A stretch of DNA of 63,246 nt, the filler included, from Stramenopiles sp. TOSAG23-3 (Eukaryota): the NCBI GenBank assembly GCA_900128585.1. It is 13 parts of 13 records of this genome, joined end to end, with 100 filler letters (N's around TTAATTAATTAA, not from the genome) between each part and the next. Parts side by side here need not be neighbours in the genome. Positions count along the whole stretch, not along the records: positions 1 to 5,475 come from LT643519.1; positions 5,576 to 11,048 come from LT643520.1; 11 more parts are not named here. One strand, 5' to 3'. Below, one piece after another: positions 1 through 10,469 of the stretch (the first letter of the stretch is position 1; every line of letters begins with the position of its first letter). The translations under genes were made by a program, and so were the position numbers. Under the pieces are notes generated by a model. That model saw only the letters and a program-made list of their open reading frames with translations. It ran no database searches and had not been told where the DNA came from.

Positions 1-147
1 TTCTTTTCTTGTGAAAGGCGATTTGAACTCAACAAAACGACCCGAATCCCAGTCGAAGTCCGTGATAATATCAACCATCTTTGGAGACTCTTGTGAGTAG
101 ATCACTTCTTCGCTGAACTCATCAGAGTCACTTGGAAAATCAATCAT
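1..147 (-). CDS. 5' part of an unknown gene running off the window/contig edge
   Basis: ATG at 147, open to position 1 (MIDFPSDSDEFSEEVIYSQESPKMVDIITDFDWDSGRFVEFKSPFTRKE); coding-like composition. Confidence 0.4.
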   Translation of the reverse strand, partial: MIDFPSDSDEFSEEVIYSQESPKMVDIITDFDWDSGRFVEFKSPFTRKE

Positions 148-230
148 CCCTTTATTGCCAGAACTCAAACAGCGACTAGACTTGTGTTGTGATTGCCTGG
201 ATCCGTACGACTCTTTTGGTGTTGGGGGGG

Positions 231-3206
231 TTAGGGGGTAAAGCGTAAGTAATACGTATCCTTTCCTTTTTCCCTCCAAACTCGTCTGAATTTGTCTTTT
301 AATTCAGATGAGATATTGGTGTTATTACGCAAATCAAGAAAATCCAATGATGGCAACGAACCATTCTTAACTAACTCAAGAAGAGATTGACAACCAACAT
401 TACCAATTTTATTGTGTGGGGCATCAAATTGTATTAAATTTGTCAAACCACGAACATCGATCGATTCCAGCTGGTTGAAATTAAGTCGTAAAAGGCGAAG
501 AGAATCCCCTGTGCCTAAATGAATCGATAGCAACTTTCCGTGCGTCCACAACAGAGTGTGCATTCCGTCATTATTTGATACGTCAAGCTCTGTTATGTTG
601 CTGTATTTGACAGTGGGGAAAACCAGCAAGTTTTGTGATACATTCAATTTCTGCAGACTAGGGACAGCCCTTACAATTTCTTTAAGGTCTCCATCCTTGA
701 CCCTGCCTTTGGAAATGTCTAAAATGCTCAACGTGGTGAGGCGACGAAATATTCGAAGAGCACCTTTTGGGTCGACCCCGTGCCAGGTCAGCGTTGACGC
801 TACCGGGTTTTGCGTAACATTTAGTACTTTTAGCGCAGACAATTTAGTTATTTCTTGAGACAAGTAGTGGACTGAATTGTTTTGAAGCATTAAAATGGTG
901 AGTTTTTCCAGCCGTCCAATGCTTCCTGGTATCTTTGTAAGACCATTGTGGGCCAAGTTCAACCGCTCCAATTCAGAAAAGTGTCCAAGTATCTTTGGAT
1001 AAGCATCCAACGACTGACTTTGCCAGTCAAGCGATTTCCATACGGGACAGCCTTCCATATCTAAGTACGAGATAAAGTGCAGCTTTGTAATTTCTACAGG
1101 AAGGTTGCGTATAGAATTTCCTGCCAAGTCCAAGTAAGTGAGGCTGGTCAGAAGACCGATTTCTTTTTGCAAGGCATTGATATTCTTTCGTTGCGCCTTC
1201 ACTTCTTTAATTGTGTCAAAATGACAGCTTGGCGTAAACGGCCCATCTTTGAATACGTGTCGAGGGCGCGCCCCGTTCCATATGTCCTTGCCAACTATCT
1301 TTGCGCATTCCGCTTCCATCCTTTGCGCGCTTATCATCATGAAAATAAAGAATGAAAGGCCCAGGGTAGACATGGCAGTGCCAATCAACGCAAACACGCA
1401 TTTTTGTTTTTTCGGTAGGCTAAATTTTATTTTAAACATGTCTTTCCCTTTCTTGATTGAGCGCGTCAGCCACGAATCTCGCCTTCCTTTGCTTTCCACG
1501 TACGTGCTGACAGCTTCCACATATGTATCTACTTTTAAAAGTAGTGTAAAGAGGGGAAATAAGATAGACAGCACCACCGAAACCTGCGTCAAATCTTGCT
1601 GTCGGATGGCGCCTAAATTTACAACCAAGTACGCACTTTCTAACAAGGTATCAGTAATGTACGTAAGTTTTCGACCCCAGGTCTGATCCATTCTTGTGGT
1701 TAGAAATGCCAAAGGTGTCAGTATAAGGTTTAGTGATATTATCCAGACTGAAGCAACCACATAACTGATATCATTCGTCCTCACCATGACATCAAAACTA
1801 GCTAACTGGACAGTGATTTCGACCAATTCAAACCCGACGATGTAAACAAAATAGTAAGGGCCATTGTGTACATCGGTGAGTCTTTTAAACACACCGTACC
1901 ATCTCATAATGATATTGGCATCTTCGTTGTGTGTCTCTCGTGGCGTTTTTCCTTTGTACAGTGAAAGTATAGTCGTGAGCATCATGTGCAACACAATTAA
2001 CAATAAAGCCGCAACACCATGTTTTCCTGATTCGTCAACGATGTGAAACTTCTGCGACAGAAATGCAAAGCCAACACCCAGAAAGGCAAAGCACACACCC
2101 AATTCTGTCACCTCTATCCTTGTGTACGGTTTTCTTGACCTCTTTAAACGTGGTGTAAAAGTTGACACGGCTATCCAGATTAAACAGGATAAAGTTGTCC
2201 AGCTAATTTTTGCATTGAGATGTGATGTCTCGCGGTATTCTACGCGCTTTGAGGCACAGCGGACCGGTTCGTATTCACCAGTGAATAGTTTCGGGGATGA
2301 ACAGAAGGAACTCTTGTCTACATCGCCAGGCAAACTTTTATACACACTCAAGCCTTGTCCAAGCAGGCCATTGAGCAATTCATTATCTTTCTTAGTCGGT
2401 AAAAGTGGAACTCTTGTGATATATTCTAGAAGACGTTCGTACAATGGAATTGTCCCACTACTTTCAGAAAAAAATTCTCGAATACACTTTTCGGGCATAT
2501 TCTCCGCGCACCATGCTATCGTCAACCTGGATGCCGCACACGACTGGTCACAAGGTCGCAGAACAAGACTTACCACCATATTCACAAAGGGTGTGAAGCA
2601 TTCTTCAAATCCACGTGGGGCGTTCGCTATCGTTGAATAAGTCTCTAATTGTGTGACCACGGTAATAATAGATTCTTGTGACAGACGCGTTCCATTAAGA
2701 TCAAGTCCAATGCCCATTACCCGTTCCCCTGATGAAAAAAAACTGGGATAAAGCTCTCTGGAAATATCGTCTGTTGTGTAGTAGCGACATTCACCACACT
2801 CACAGTTTTGTACTGTTCGTGATTTTGTTGAGCCGTGAGGCACCCGGAAGACTATGCAGGTTAGTATATAGAGCACGGCTGTGATGAGCATGATCACCGT
2901 TAATTTATTTCTCCCTTGCTTAACGAAGGGCTGTACCAAAACTCCTTGCAACATAATGACAAACCCCACTTGAAGGTACGTCAACAATACAAAGTGGTGA
3001 TCAACAAACTCATCATTCAAAAACCATACACAGAGCGGAATCAGCACGAACATAAAAAATCGAACTGTTAACCATGTAATCGTCTCTCTCCGCGATTCCT
3101 TTTCAGACCCTCCTGCACCAACAATCGTGGTTTCATTTGTAAGACAAGGGCGTGGGTCCTTACGAAGAGGGTTTACGGTGCAATTGTCTGAATCGATTTC
3201 AAACAT
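231..3206 (-). CDS. Multi-pass membrane protein with Cys-rich (Frizzled-CRD-like) loop and C-terminal leucine-rich repeats
   Basis: ~990-aa ORF (first ATG at 3206). About 3 N-terminal plus 7-8 central hydrophobic helices. Many LRRs (LTSLTYLDLAGNSIRNLP, LERLNLAHNGLTKIP, LEKLTILMLQNNSV). Confidence 0.85.
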   Translation of the reverse strand: MFEIDSDNCTVNPLRKDPRPCLTNETTIVGAGGSEKESRRETITWLTVRFFMFVLIPLCVWFLNDEFVDHHFVLLTYLQVGFVIMLQGVLVQPFVKQGRNKLTVIMLITAVLYILTCIVFRVPHGSTKSRTVQNCECGECRYYTTDDISRELYPSFFSSGERVMGIGLDLNGTRLSQESIITVVTQLETYSTIANAPRGFEECFTPFVNMVVSLVLRPCDQSCAASRLTIAWCAENMPEKCIREFFSESSGTIPLYERLLEYITRVPLLPTKKDNELLNGLLGQGLSVYKSLPGDVDKSSFCSSPKLFTGEYEPVRCASKRVEYRETSHLNAKISWTTLSCLIWIAVSTFTPRLKRSRKPYTRIEVTELGVCFAFLGVGFAFLSQKFHIVDESGKHGVAALLLIVLHMMLTTILSLYKGKTPRETHNEDANIIMRWYGVFKRLTDVHNGPYYFVYIVGFELVEITVQLASFDVMVRTNDISYVVASVWIISLNLILTPLAFLTTRMDQTWGRKLTYITDTLLESAYLVVNLGAIRQQDLTQVSVVLSILFPLFTLLLKVDTYVEAVSTYVESKGRRDSWLTRSIKKGKDMFKIKFSLPKKQKCVFALIGTAMSTLGLSFFIFMMISAQRMEAECAKIVGKDIWNGARPRHVFKDGPFTPSCHFDTIKEVKAQRKNINALQKEIGLLTSLTYLDLAGNSIRNLPVEITKLHFISYLDMEGCPVWKSLDWQSQSLDAYPKILGHFSELERLNLAHNGLTKIPGSIGRLEKLTILMLQNNSVHYLSQEITKLSALKVLNVTQNPVASTLTWHGVDPKGALRIFRRLTTLSILDISKGRVKDGDLKEIVRAVPSLQKLNVSQNLLVFPTVKYSNITELDVSNNDGMHTLLWTHGKLLSIHLGTGDSLRLLRLNFNQLESIDVRGLTNLIQFDAPHNKIGNVGCQSLLELVKNGSLPSLDFLDLRNNTNISSELKDKFRRVWREKGKDTYYLRFTP

Positions 3207-3885
3207 GAAGAAAAACGTGGATGCTTGTGATATTGAACTTTGCGCCCCTTGCTGCCACCAAGAGCACTTTTTTTCAAAGCTAAAATCTGCCACCAGTATA
3301 AAGTCTGAGGGGGACTACTTAAAAAAGGAACGCATGTATCATATAATATATATTCCATCAATACTTATTCACAAAAAATCGTTTAAAAAAAATGATGGAA
3401 TATAAATAACAGAAAAACGACAGAACGAAGAGAAGAAGAAGAAATTTTAGATGATTAAGTTCAATGCTGTGTTTATCTTATTTATAATTAATAGACGACT
3501 ACTAGACGAGTGTTCATCATGAATCACGAGAAGTCCTACGACCTCCTACGACGGAGGACAAATAGTCGTCTACGAGGACACGAGGACTCCTCCTCGTATT
3601 TTTTAATTCGTACTTCATCATTGTTGGAATTCATACAGGAGTCCGAAAAAAAAATAATAGTCGTCGTCTTCTAGTCAGTCAGTCGTCAGTGTCAGTCGTC
3701 GTCTAAAAAAAATATATATTATTAAGATTTTTTATTTTATTATTATTTAAAAAGTGTTTGTACTGATAGTACAATTTGTTGTGTGGGGATCAATCTTCTT
3801 TTTAGACGGGTCCGATAAATATCTGCGTTTTCTGCCTTTTGTCACTGTCAAGTTTCTTGTTCTACTGAAGTAGACGAAGAAGAAG

Positions 3886-4719
3886 ATGTTGCTGTTGGAA
3901 CTTTTGAACACGTTGGCTGTGTTGTTCGTGGCGACGGAGGTGGGGATACGGAATCAGCCGTGGAAAGCGCACGTAAATGTAGGTGGAGGGCTGTTGCTTG
4001 CGAATGTGTTGCTTTCGTCGCGGTTTCTAGAAGGGCTGACGTCTTGGTCTAGCGGTCTTGGAAACTTCCTCACCTTTCTAAAAACTGCGTTTGTAAATAC
4101 TCTTTTTGTTCTCGAGTACCCCTTCCTCTTGTTTTTCAAATACACGTTTGGCTCCTCGCTGACGGTAGCGTTTGCTGCGGCTCTCATCACCTTTGCGGTG
4201 GAACGGTTTATTCTGAATGGGGGAAGAGATGAACGATTCGGTGAGGACGGTGGTGCCTTTCAAAAATTAAAGGGCTTTGTTCGCCCTGTTCTCGTAGGTT
4301 TAGCCATGTTTACCATTATGTACTCCCACGAGCATGACGGGGATGCATACATTTCGTACGTCTTCACGGTTTTTATGGTTGCAGTATTTTTCTCTCTTGC
4401 TGCGTTTTTGGATGTCCGGAGAGAGGTGAACACGTTAACGTTTCTAGGCTTCATGCCGCATGTTATCAGAGGGTTAAAGTGGGTTTTGCCAGTATTCCCC
4501 TTCCTCATGGTCGCGTTCTCTTTGTTTTTCTTCCTACTTGTTTGCCTGTGCGAAGCGGTGAAGATTGACCCGCACTTCTTGAACTACCCAATATACTATG
4601 GGACTTTGTACGGGCCGTTTTCGTTGGTGTATTGGAACGTTAAGAAAGAAATGCTGAAATCCACGGGAGGGTTGGTTGCGACAAACAACTTGGCTCAAAA
4701 GAGTCGACTGGTATCTTAA
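3886..4719 (+). CDS. Uncharacterised multi-pass membrane protein
   Basis: 277-aa ATG ORF with about 7-8 hydrophobic segments; no family recognised. Confidence 0.8.
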   Translation: MLLLELLNTLAVLFVATEVGIRNQPWKAHVNVGGGLLLANVLLSSRFLEGLTSWSSGLGNFLTFLKTAFVNTLFVLEYPFLLFFKYTFGSSLTVAFAAALITFAVERFILNGGRDERFGEDGGAFQKLKGFVRPVLVGLAMFTIMYSHEHDGDAYISYVFTVFMVAVFFSLAAFLDVRREVNTLTFLGFMPHVIRGLKWVLPVFPFLMVAFSLFFFLLVCLCEAVKIDPHFLNYPIYYGTLYGPFSLVYWNVKKEMLKSTGGLVATNNLAQKSRLVS

Positions 4720-4835
4720 AGCGCAATGCAGTAAAAATGGCTTGTTAAAATACACACACATAAGAAAATAATTCAAAATATTTGCGATAATTTACTGTAC
4801 AGATTGTGACGGTTTCTCAATATAAAACGACGACT

Positions 4836-5390
4836 TCACGCTAGCAAAAGGCTGTTCACTCCCCGTTCTCGAACCTTGGCGTTTCGTTCCTCTTCCACGT
4901 CCGCCATGGTGCCGGCGCCTTCCGCTTGAAATTCTTCTCCGCCCTCATCAACCAGCAGTAAGTTGCAGATGGGCTTCGACCGCTTTGTTTTTAAAAAATC
5001 GATCACGTTTGGGAACACAACATAAGACGCAGCAAGCGATACGTCGGCGGGAGTCAACAGCACCGAAAAATCAAAGTCCACCGTCCCCTCAGCATTTTTC
5101 TTATCCTGCGCAACCTTGGCTGCCATATGCATCATTTTCTCAGAAAACGACGCTGTTAAATCTGTCAGCAGTTCCATTGCCCCCTTTGTAAATTTTCTCC
5201 GCTTGATAGGAAAATTTTCTGATATATTCCGTGATTGGTGACGTGCAAATGTGCTGAGTCTACTAACGGGCGGTCGCAGCGGCGAGTCACGAGCGCATTG
5301 TAGACTTCCTACCGACAACACTGTGACTTTTCGTTTCATAGAAGAAATACGCCATCCATCAATTGAACAAGCGTCTATGCCTATTTGCAT
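4836..5390 (-). CDS. Protein with divergent H2B-like histone fold
   Basis: FTKGAMELLTDLTASFSEKMMHMAAKVAQDKK...LLTPADVSLAASYVVFP parallels H2B [32 protein letters not shown]...TITSREIQTAVRLLLP. The 5' end is near a contig edge and may be incomplete. Confidence 0.55.
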   Translation of the reverse strand: MQIGIDACSIDGWRISSMKRKVTVLSVGSLQCARDSPLRPPVSRLSTFARHQSRNISENFPIKRRKFTKGAMELLTDLTASFSEKMMHMAAKVAQDKKNAEGTVDFDFSVLLTPADVSLAASYVVFPNVIDFLKTKRSKPICNLLLVDEGGEEFQAEGAGTMADVEEERNAKVRERGVNSLLLA

Positions 5391-6000
5391 AATTACGTCT
5401 ACAGGGACTTCCTTCGTTGACTATTTTGTGACAGACTCGAATGCACTGGATCCTGCAGTCTCGAAAGAAGATTTTNNNNNNNNNNNNNNNNNNNNNNNNN
5501 NNNNNNNNNNNNNNNNNNNTTAATTAATTAANNNNNNNNNNNNNNNNNNNNNNNNNNNNNNNNNNNNNNNNNNNNAAAATAATAATAAATAATAAATTGA
5601 AGAAAGAAATATTATTAATACCTTTCGTAGTACGACGACGACGAGGAGGAGTATTAAAATATGCGTAGTTGTCGTCTCTTGGGCGTATAAAATAATATGA
5701 TGTGTTTATAAATTACTGTGAACTGTGAACATTCCTCGTAGTATTATACACTACCGTAGGAAGTATGTTTTCAAGTTCGATGTTCGTAAAGAAGATAGAC
5801 GAATATAGTCGTCTGGTAGTGTTTGACTGGTTTATTTTCTTTCGTTTCTTAGATTTATTGATAAAGTTATATTTTTAATGGTACGATTTCATTGAATATT
5901 TATCATTTGGCACCGTCTGTTTTTTTGCTTGGTTGTTGTTTTATTATACTTCGTTGTTCAAAGGAATAGTCTATACACAAAATAGTTGTCTTATTAGTTC

Positions 6001-6837
6001 ATGGCTGGTGGTGAGAAAAAAGGTCGGGGGTTTGTGTTAACCTGGGTGGACGATTTTCTGACCAAAACTAGAGTGTGGATTGATGAAAACCTGCAGCTTG
6101 CGCGAGGGGTGGGAATGGGGTCGTTGGGGCTGGCGTGGTTCCTTGTTCTGCGGCGGACAAAGCCGTTCTATAGGTTTCGAACGGTGGGCTCGATACCACC
6201 GAGTTATTACAAAAGAAAGGAAGTGCTGAAGGGGGTTGTAACGGACACTCCGCACGATTACCGAGCCCACATTTCGTTCTTTCACCGACCCCTTTGGGAC
6301 AGGTTTAGTTCACCGCAGTATCATATGGTCATGTCAGAAGATGATCGAAGGGCAAAGGCGAAAGACGGCAGCTCGATAAAAGTGCGTATTTTTGGTGTGG
6401 ACGTCGCTCATCCGGAGGGTACGGAGTGGCTCGGTGCTGCTTTAAGGCTTCGCCCGGTAGACATATCGCTGCTTTACCTTACGGGCTCAACAACAGAACT
6501 GGTGAATGGAGGCTGCGATGAAACTGTATGTGCCACTGTGAAAGGGAGACTGACGCAAAACTGGCGAAAGAGTGACATTGGAACGGAAATTCTGTCCCGC
6601 GGACTCGGGAGCGTCAGGTTGGACGAACCTGGCACTTATGCGTCCGACAATTTGAGAGACATTAGGAAGCTGACGACCCTCTTGGATAAATACTCCAACG
6701 TCGAGCAAAAAGCCAAGCGCCAGAAATTGGGAATGTGGGCTACGGGGGAAGGCGGGAGCGGGCCAGCCCCTCGTGGCGGCTTGTTTGGCGGGATTTCCCG
6801 GGTTTGGAATTTTCTACGGCGAAAGCGTGGGGACTAA
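6001..6837 (+). CDS. Staphylococcal-nuclease-fold protein (LCL3/C3orf33-like) with N-terminal TM helix
   Basis: TM helix followed by FRTVGSIPPSYYKRKEVLKGVV, FFHRP, IKVRIFGVD, DIGTEILSRGLG and the terminal EQKAKRQKLGMW SNase helix. Confidence 0.8.
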   Translation: MAGGEKKGRGFVLTWVDDFLTKTRVWIDENLQLARGVGMGSLGLAWFLVLRRTKPFYRFRTVGSIPPSYYKRKEVLKGVVTDTPHDYRAHISFFHRPLWDRFSSPQYHMVMSEDDRRAKAKDGSSIKVRIFGVDVAHPEGTEWLGAALRLRPVDISLLYLTGSTTELVNGGCDETVCATVKGRLTQNWRKSDIGTEILSRGLGSVRLDEPGTYASDNLRDIRKLTTLLDKYSNVEQKAKRQKLGMWATGEGGSGPAPRGGLFGGISRVWNFLRRKRGD

Positions 6838-6958
6838 GTTGCGAAGCGGTAATGTGTAAAATACGAATCAAATTAATTCAAAACAAAATAATGGCTGTTA
6901 TTACCATAAGTATGAAACCAAAATATATTACCATAAGTATGATAATTATCAAAAGATT

Positions 6959-7092
6959 AATCATTTAAAACAAGAAAAATTGGCTGTTATTTTATAGTAA
7001 TTAAAATTTAAAAAAAAAAAAGGTGTCAGTTCAAGAACAATATCTCCTCCTATTGCAGATCCTCCCCAAGTTCTGGTCAAGATTCCGATTGA
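6959..7092 (+). repeat. Dispersed ~134-bp repeat family A, copy 1
   Basis: Near-identical reverse complement at 47831-47966 on another contig; partial copy at 56461-56513. Confidence 0.9.
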
Positions 7093-7193
7093 GATTAAAG
7101 ACGTTATAATGCGCGGAAGATGCATGCCATATACAAATAATGCCTCTTATGTATCCTTTTTAAAATGCGGTACGCTCTGCGCTGCCCTGGCCC

Positions 7194-8240
7194 TCACGCG
7201 ATCCGCTCCGCTGCATCCAGCGACAGGCCAAACATTGCTGTGATCGGCTTTACGGCGTCCGCTTTGTTCCCAATGAGGCTAAGGCCGCATAGACCAAAGT
7301 AAGAGTGAAGTACATCCGGGAACGTGCCGGGCACCTTTGAAAAGCCACCATACTTCGTCTGTGCCCCCTTTAACAAATACGTTCGCAGGGCATCCTTATC
7401 GATCATGTCCAACCATTTGTTTCCCAACATTTGCAAAGTTCCGCCAATCCAAAAGGAATAGCATGTGTCTACCAATTTATTGCACCGTCCCTGGAATCCG
7501 CCAGACTGTCGCCGCAGGCACCACTTCACCAAGCTGCGCTTTTCGGGCGCGGAGAGGGTGGATTCCATCTGCATCAAGACCAACGACGCGTACGCTACGT
7601 ACGCGGCCCCGCCGTGGCTTTCTTGGCCGGGCGAGAGCCCAAAGCCGCCGTCATAGTTCATGCACGATCGAACGAACTGGGCCGCCTTCCTTTTGTCAAA
7701 CGCATCGTCGCGGCCCAGCAGGCGGGCAATCACTGCGGCGCAGTAGACGAACCGCAGGTCCCGCTCGCCCCCGGACACGCTCGCGACAAAGTTACCGTTC
7801 TCGTCCTGGAGGCCCTGCAACGCGCGAACGATATCTTCCTTGCGCAAACGAGACAAGTCGTCACCCAAAATTACCAACGATACTATCGCCGTGTACGTCA
7901 TGGCCAGGTGACCATGGCCACAGCTCTTCCTCCCAAAGTCGTCGTCTCCAAACTTGCCACCTAAAAACGTTCCTCCAATAAAACCAGAGTGTTCCCTGGG
8001 AAAGTTCTCGCTTGTGGACGACGGGTATATTTGCAAATTGTATATCCAGTCGATCACTCCTTTCTTCTCCACAACGTCCAAGGCGTCCAAAATCTCCAAA
8101 GCAGACAGACAAAAATAGCAAAGCGTCAACCTGTTCACTTCTGCCCCCAAGTACTCTTCCGGCAATGTTTGCAAATTGTACTTGAAATATGCAATGGACC
8201 GCTGCCTGTCAAAGGACGCAGGAACCCGTTCACCAGACAT
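7194..8240 (-). CDS. PGGT1B: Geranylgeranyltransferase type I beta subunit
   Basis: Prenyltransferase repeats: GHLAMTYTAIVSLVILGDDLSR, DLRFVYCA, YDGGFGLSPGQESHGG, GFQGRCNKLVDTCYSFW, PDVLHSYFGLCGLSL. Confidence 0.93.
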   Translation of the reverse strand: MSGERVPASFDRQRSIAYFKYNLQTLPEEYLGAEVNRLTLCYFCLSALEILDALDVVEKKGVIDWIYNLQIYPSSTSENFPREHSGFIGGTFLGGKFGDDDFGRKSCGHGHLAMTYTAIVSLVILGDDLSRLRKEDIVRALQGLQDENGNFVASVSGGERDLRFVYCAAVIARLLGRDDAFDKRKAAQFVRSCMNYDGGFGLSPGQESHGGAAYVAYASLVLMQMESTLSAPEKRSLVKWCLRRQSGGFQGRCNKLVDTCYSFWIGGTLQMLGNKWLDMIDKDALRTYLLKGAQTKYGGFSKVPGTFPDVLHSYFGLCGLSLIGNKADAVKPITAMFGLSLDAAERIA

Positions 8241-8693
8241 TATTCTGTACCGATCGACACACCAGTGTTCAATTACTCAAGACAAAAAGTAATTCAAAAT
8301 GCAGGGCCATACCTTCAAAATATTTGCTGTCTTTGATGCATCTGTCTATTCTTTACATCATTTTCTTGCTAGACTAACATTATTCAGTACTCTTGTAACA
8401 ACAAAAGAATAAGAAACATGTAAAAAATTCGAGTAGTATATAAAAAACAATTCAAAAAAAAAAAAAAAATTCAAAAAAAAATAATAAAAAAATCATAATA
8501 ATAATAAAATATAATACTACTACTTAATAATGACATTATAAGTACAAATATTTATACTATAATAGTTTATTTTATGCAATAATAAAATAACCAAATGTTG
8601 TTGTTTGTAAATTGTTGTAGTATAAATGCGGACGATTGTTTGAATTCATAATTTTGTTCATTTTATTGTTTTGCCTCATAAGTTGTGTAGTGT

Positions 8694-10469
8694 TTACATT
8701 TGAAGAAGGGAGTGGTAACAAAGAGTGAAGAGAACCAGGATTCCAGGAATTACATGCGAACCAGAACTTAGAATGTTTCCTCCTTCAACACATACAATTT
8801 TGTCGCCCTCGCTTGTTGCCTTTTTTCCGATAGGGCAACGACCGCATGCTCTTTTTGTTGCAGTAAATCCTTCGCCAAGCGCAATTGCTCGCGCCGAACA
8901 TTTTTCAGGGCAGCCTTCCGCTTCGCTTTCTGCGCCAAAAACGGTCCCCCACTTTCCCTTTGGGCATGCTTTGCAAGCAGCAAATGCTGCTTGTCCTGGA
9001 TTAGAATTAAATCTGCCGGCAGGGCAGGCTCTTGCAACCTTCCCAGCAGCTGGGCAATAGTGTCCTTTTGAGCACTGTGTCATGGTGCATGCAAGCCCTT
9101 CACTTGCTTGCCCAGCTTGGGAACCAAACTTTCCTGTGGGGCAGGCAGTACACACGGCATTTGCTGCATCTGCGTGGTTGCTTGTGGTCAACCGACGCCG
9201 TCTTCCCCCTGAAGTTGTCGTTGCGATGGCTGTTGTTGCAGAGGTGGTCGTTGCAGAGGTGGTCGTTGCAGCGGTAGTCGTTGCAGCGGTAGTTGTTGCA
9301 GCGGCGGTTGTAGTTACTAATGAGGTCGATGTGGCAGCAGCGGTGGTGGCGGCAGCAGAAGCAGTCGTGGTAGCGGCAATAGAAGTTGTGGAAGCGGCGG
9401 CGGCTGCAGTCGTAGCTGCAGAGGTAGTTGTTGCAGCTGCGGCCGTAGTTGCTGCGGCCGTAGTTGCCGCGGTCGTAGTTGCTGTAACAGTAGTTGCTGC
9501 GACCGTAGTCGTCGCAGTCGATGTTGCCGCAGAAGTCGTGGTCGTTATCTTTGCGACAGCCGTTGTCGTAGCTGTGCTGCCAAACTTCAGGGCAATAGAA
9601 TCGCCATAGGTTCCTTCTAAACAATGGTGAACGTACGAATCTGTGGCCGTGCAGCTGGCTTCAAAGTTACTTGAAGATCCTGTCTTAACACAGATTGCAC
9701 TCTCGATGACCGCGCCGTCACTAAAGGTGCACTCTGTATTTTCTGCTGTACGACTTGTATCACCGTAACAGTAAACGTTTTTACCGACACTCCCAGCCTG
9801 GTTGCTCTTCACGACAGTGCTTTCAAAGTTGCATTTTGTTCCATGGCCACAGGAGATTGCACCACCATCTGCACTTGCAGAGTTTGAAGTGATTTCGGAT
9901 TGCACCAAGTTGCACACAGTGCCGTACCCATCACAAAACACTGCCCCCCCCTCTTCAGCAAAGTTGCTCTGTAGCGTTGAGTTAATAAATCTTCCACTTC
10001 CGTAGGATATCGAAACACCACCTCCCCTCTGCAGCGCAGAGCTTCCGGAAATTTTGGATTCAATCGCAGTAAATGAAGGCCAGGTTTTGTCGTCCCCGAC
10101 CGCCCCTTCGGCTAGGACAGCCCCTCCACCGCCAGTTGCCGGCTTCCCATCATACAGGTGTATTCTGTAAATTGTTAGTTTGTCCTTGGGGGTGAGTTTG
10201 AAGAGCCGATGGTGTTTGCTAATATTGCCACGGGATATCGTTGGGATTTTTCCAGCCGCATTGTAGGTGCTGTAAATCTCCAATTCACCATCGACGTGGA
10301 TCTCTTCCGTTATTGCGCAATCGCTTTTCAACGGATAATACCCTTTTCGTGGCTTGTTCTTACACCAGTCTTCTCGTAAGTAATCAACGGCCAATGTACA
10401 GTGCAAAACGCAGAGCAGAAAAATGCAAGTCGGAAGCAAAATAGAAAGGTTCATCCTGTATGGTGACAA
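8694..10469 (-). CDS. Cell-surface protein: signal peptide, PMP-like GGA(I/V) beta-helix, Thr/Ala mucin-like stalk, Cys-rich (ephrin-receptor-like) repeats, probable GPI signal
   Basis: Hydrophobic N-terminus; NFAEEGGAVF and NSASADGGAIS repeats; CPTGKF/CPAGRF/CPKGKW repeats; C-terminal SSGS followed by a hydrophobic tail. Confidence 0.88.
   Translation of the reverse strand: MSPYRMNLSILLPTCIFLLCVLHCTLAVDYLREDWCKNKPRKGYYPLKSDCAITEEIHVDGELEIYSTYNAAGKIPTISRGNISKHHRLFKLTPKDKLTIYRIHLYDGKPATGGGGAVLAEGAVGDDKTWPSFTAIESKISGSSALQRGGGVSISYGSGRFINSTLQSNFAEEGGAVFCDGYGTVCNLVQSEITSNSASADGGAISCGHGTKCNFESTVVKSNQAGSVGKNVYCYGDTSRTAENTECTFSDGAVIESAICVKTGSSSNFEASCTATDSYVHHCLEGTYGDSIALKFGSTATTTAVAKITTTTSAATSTATTTVAATTVTATTTAATTAAATTAAAATTTSAATTAAAAASTTSIAATTTASAAATTAAATSTSLVTTTAAATTTAATTTAATTTSATTTSATTAIATTTSGGRRRRLTTSNHADAANAVCTACPTGKFGSQAGQASEGLACTMTQCSKGHYCPAAGKVARACPAGRFNSNPGQAAFAACKACPKGKWGTVFGAESEAEGCPEKCSARAIALGEGFTATKRACGRCPIGKKATSEGDKIVCVEGGNILSSGSHVIPGILVLFTLCYHSLLQM
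9215..9572 (-). repeat. Coding low-complexity (ATTTA-type) repeat, mucin-like stalk
   Basis: Degenerate 15-bp units such as GTTGCAGAGGTGGTC encoding Thr/Ala runs. Confidence 0.85.
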
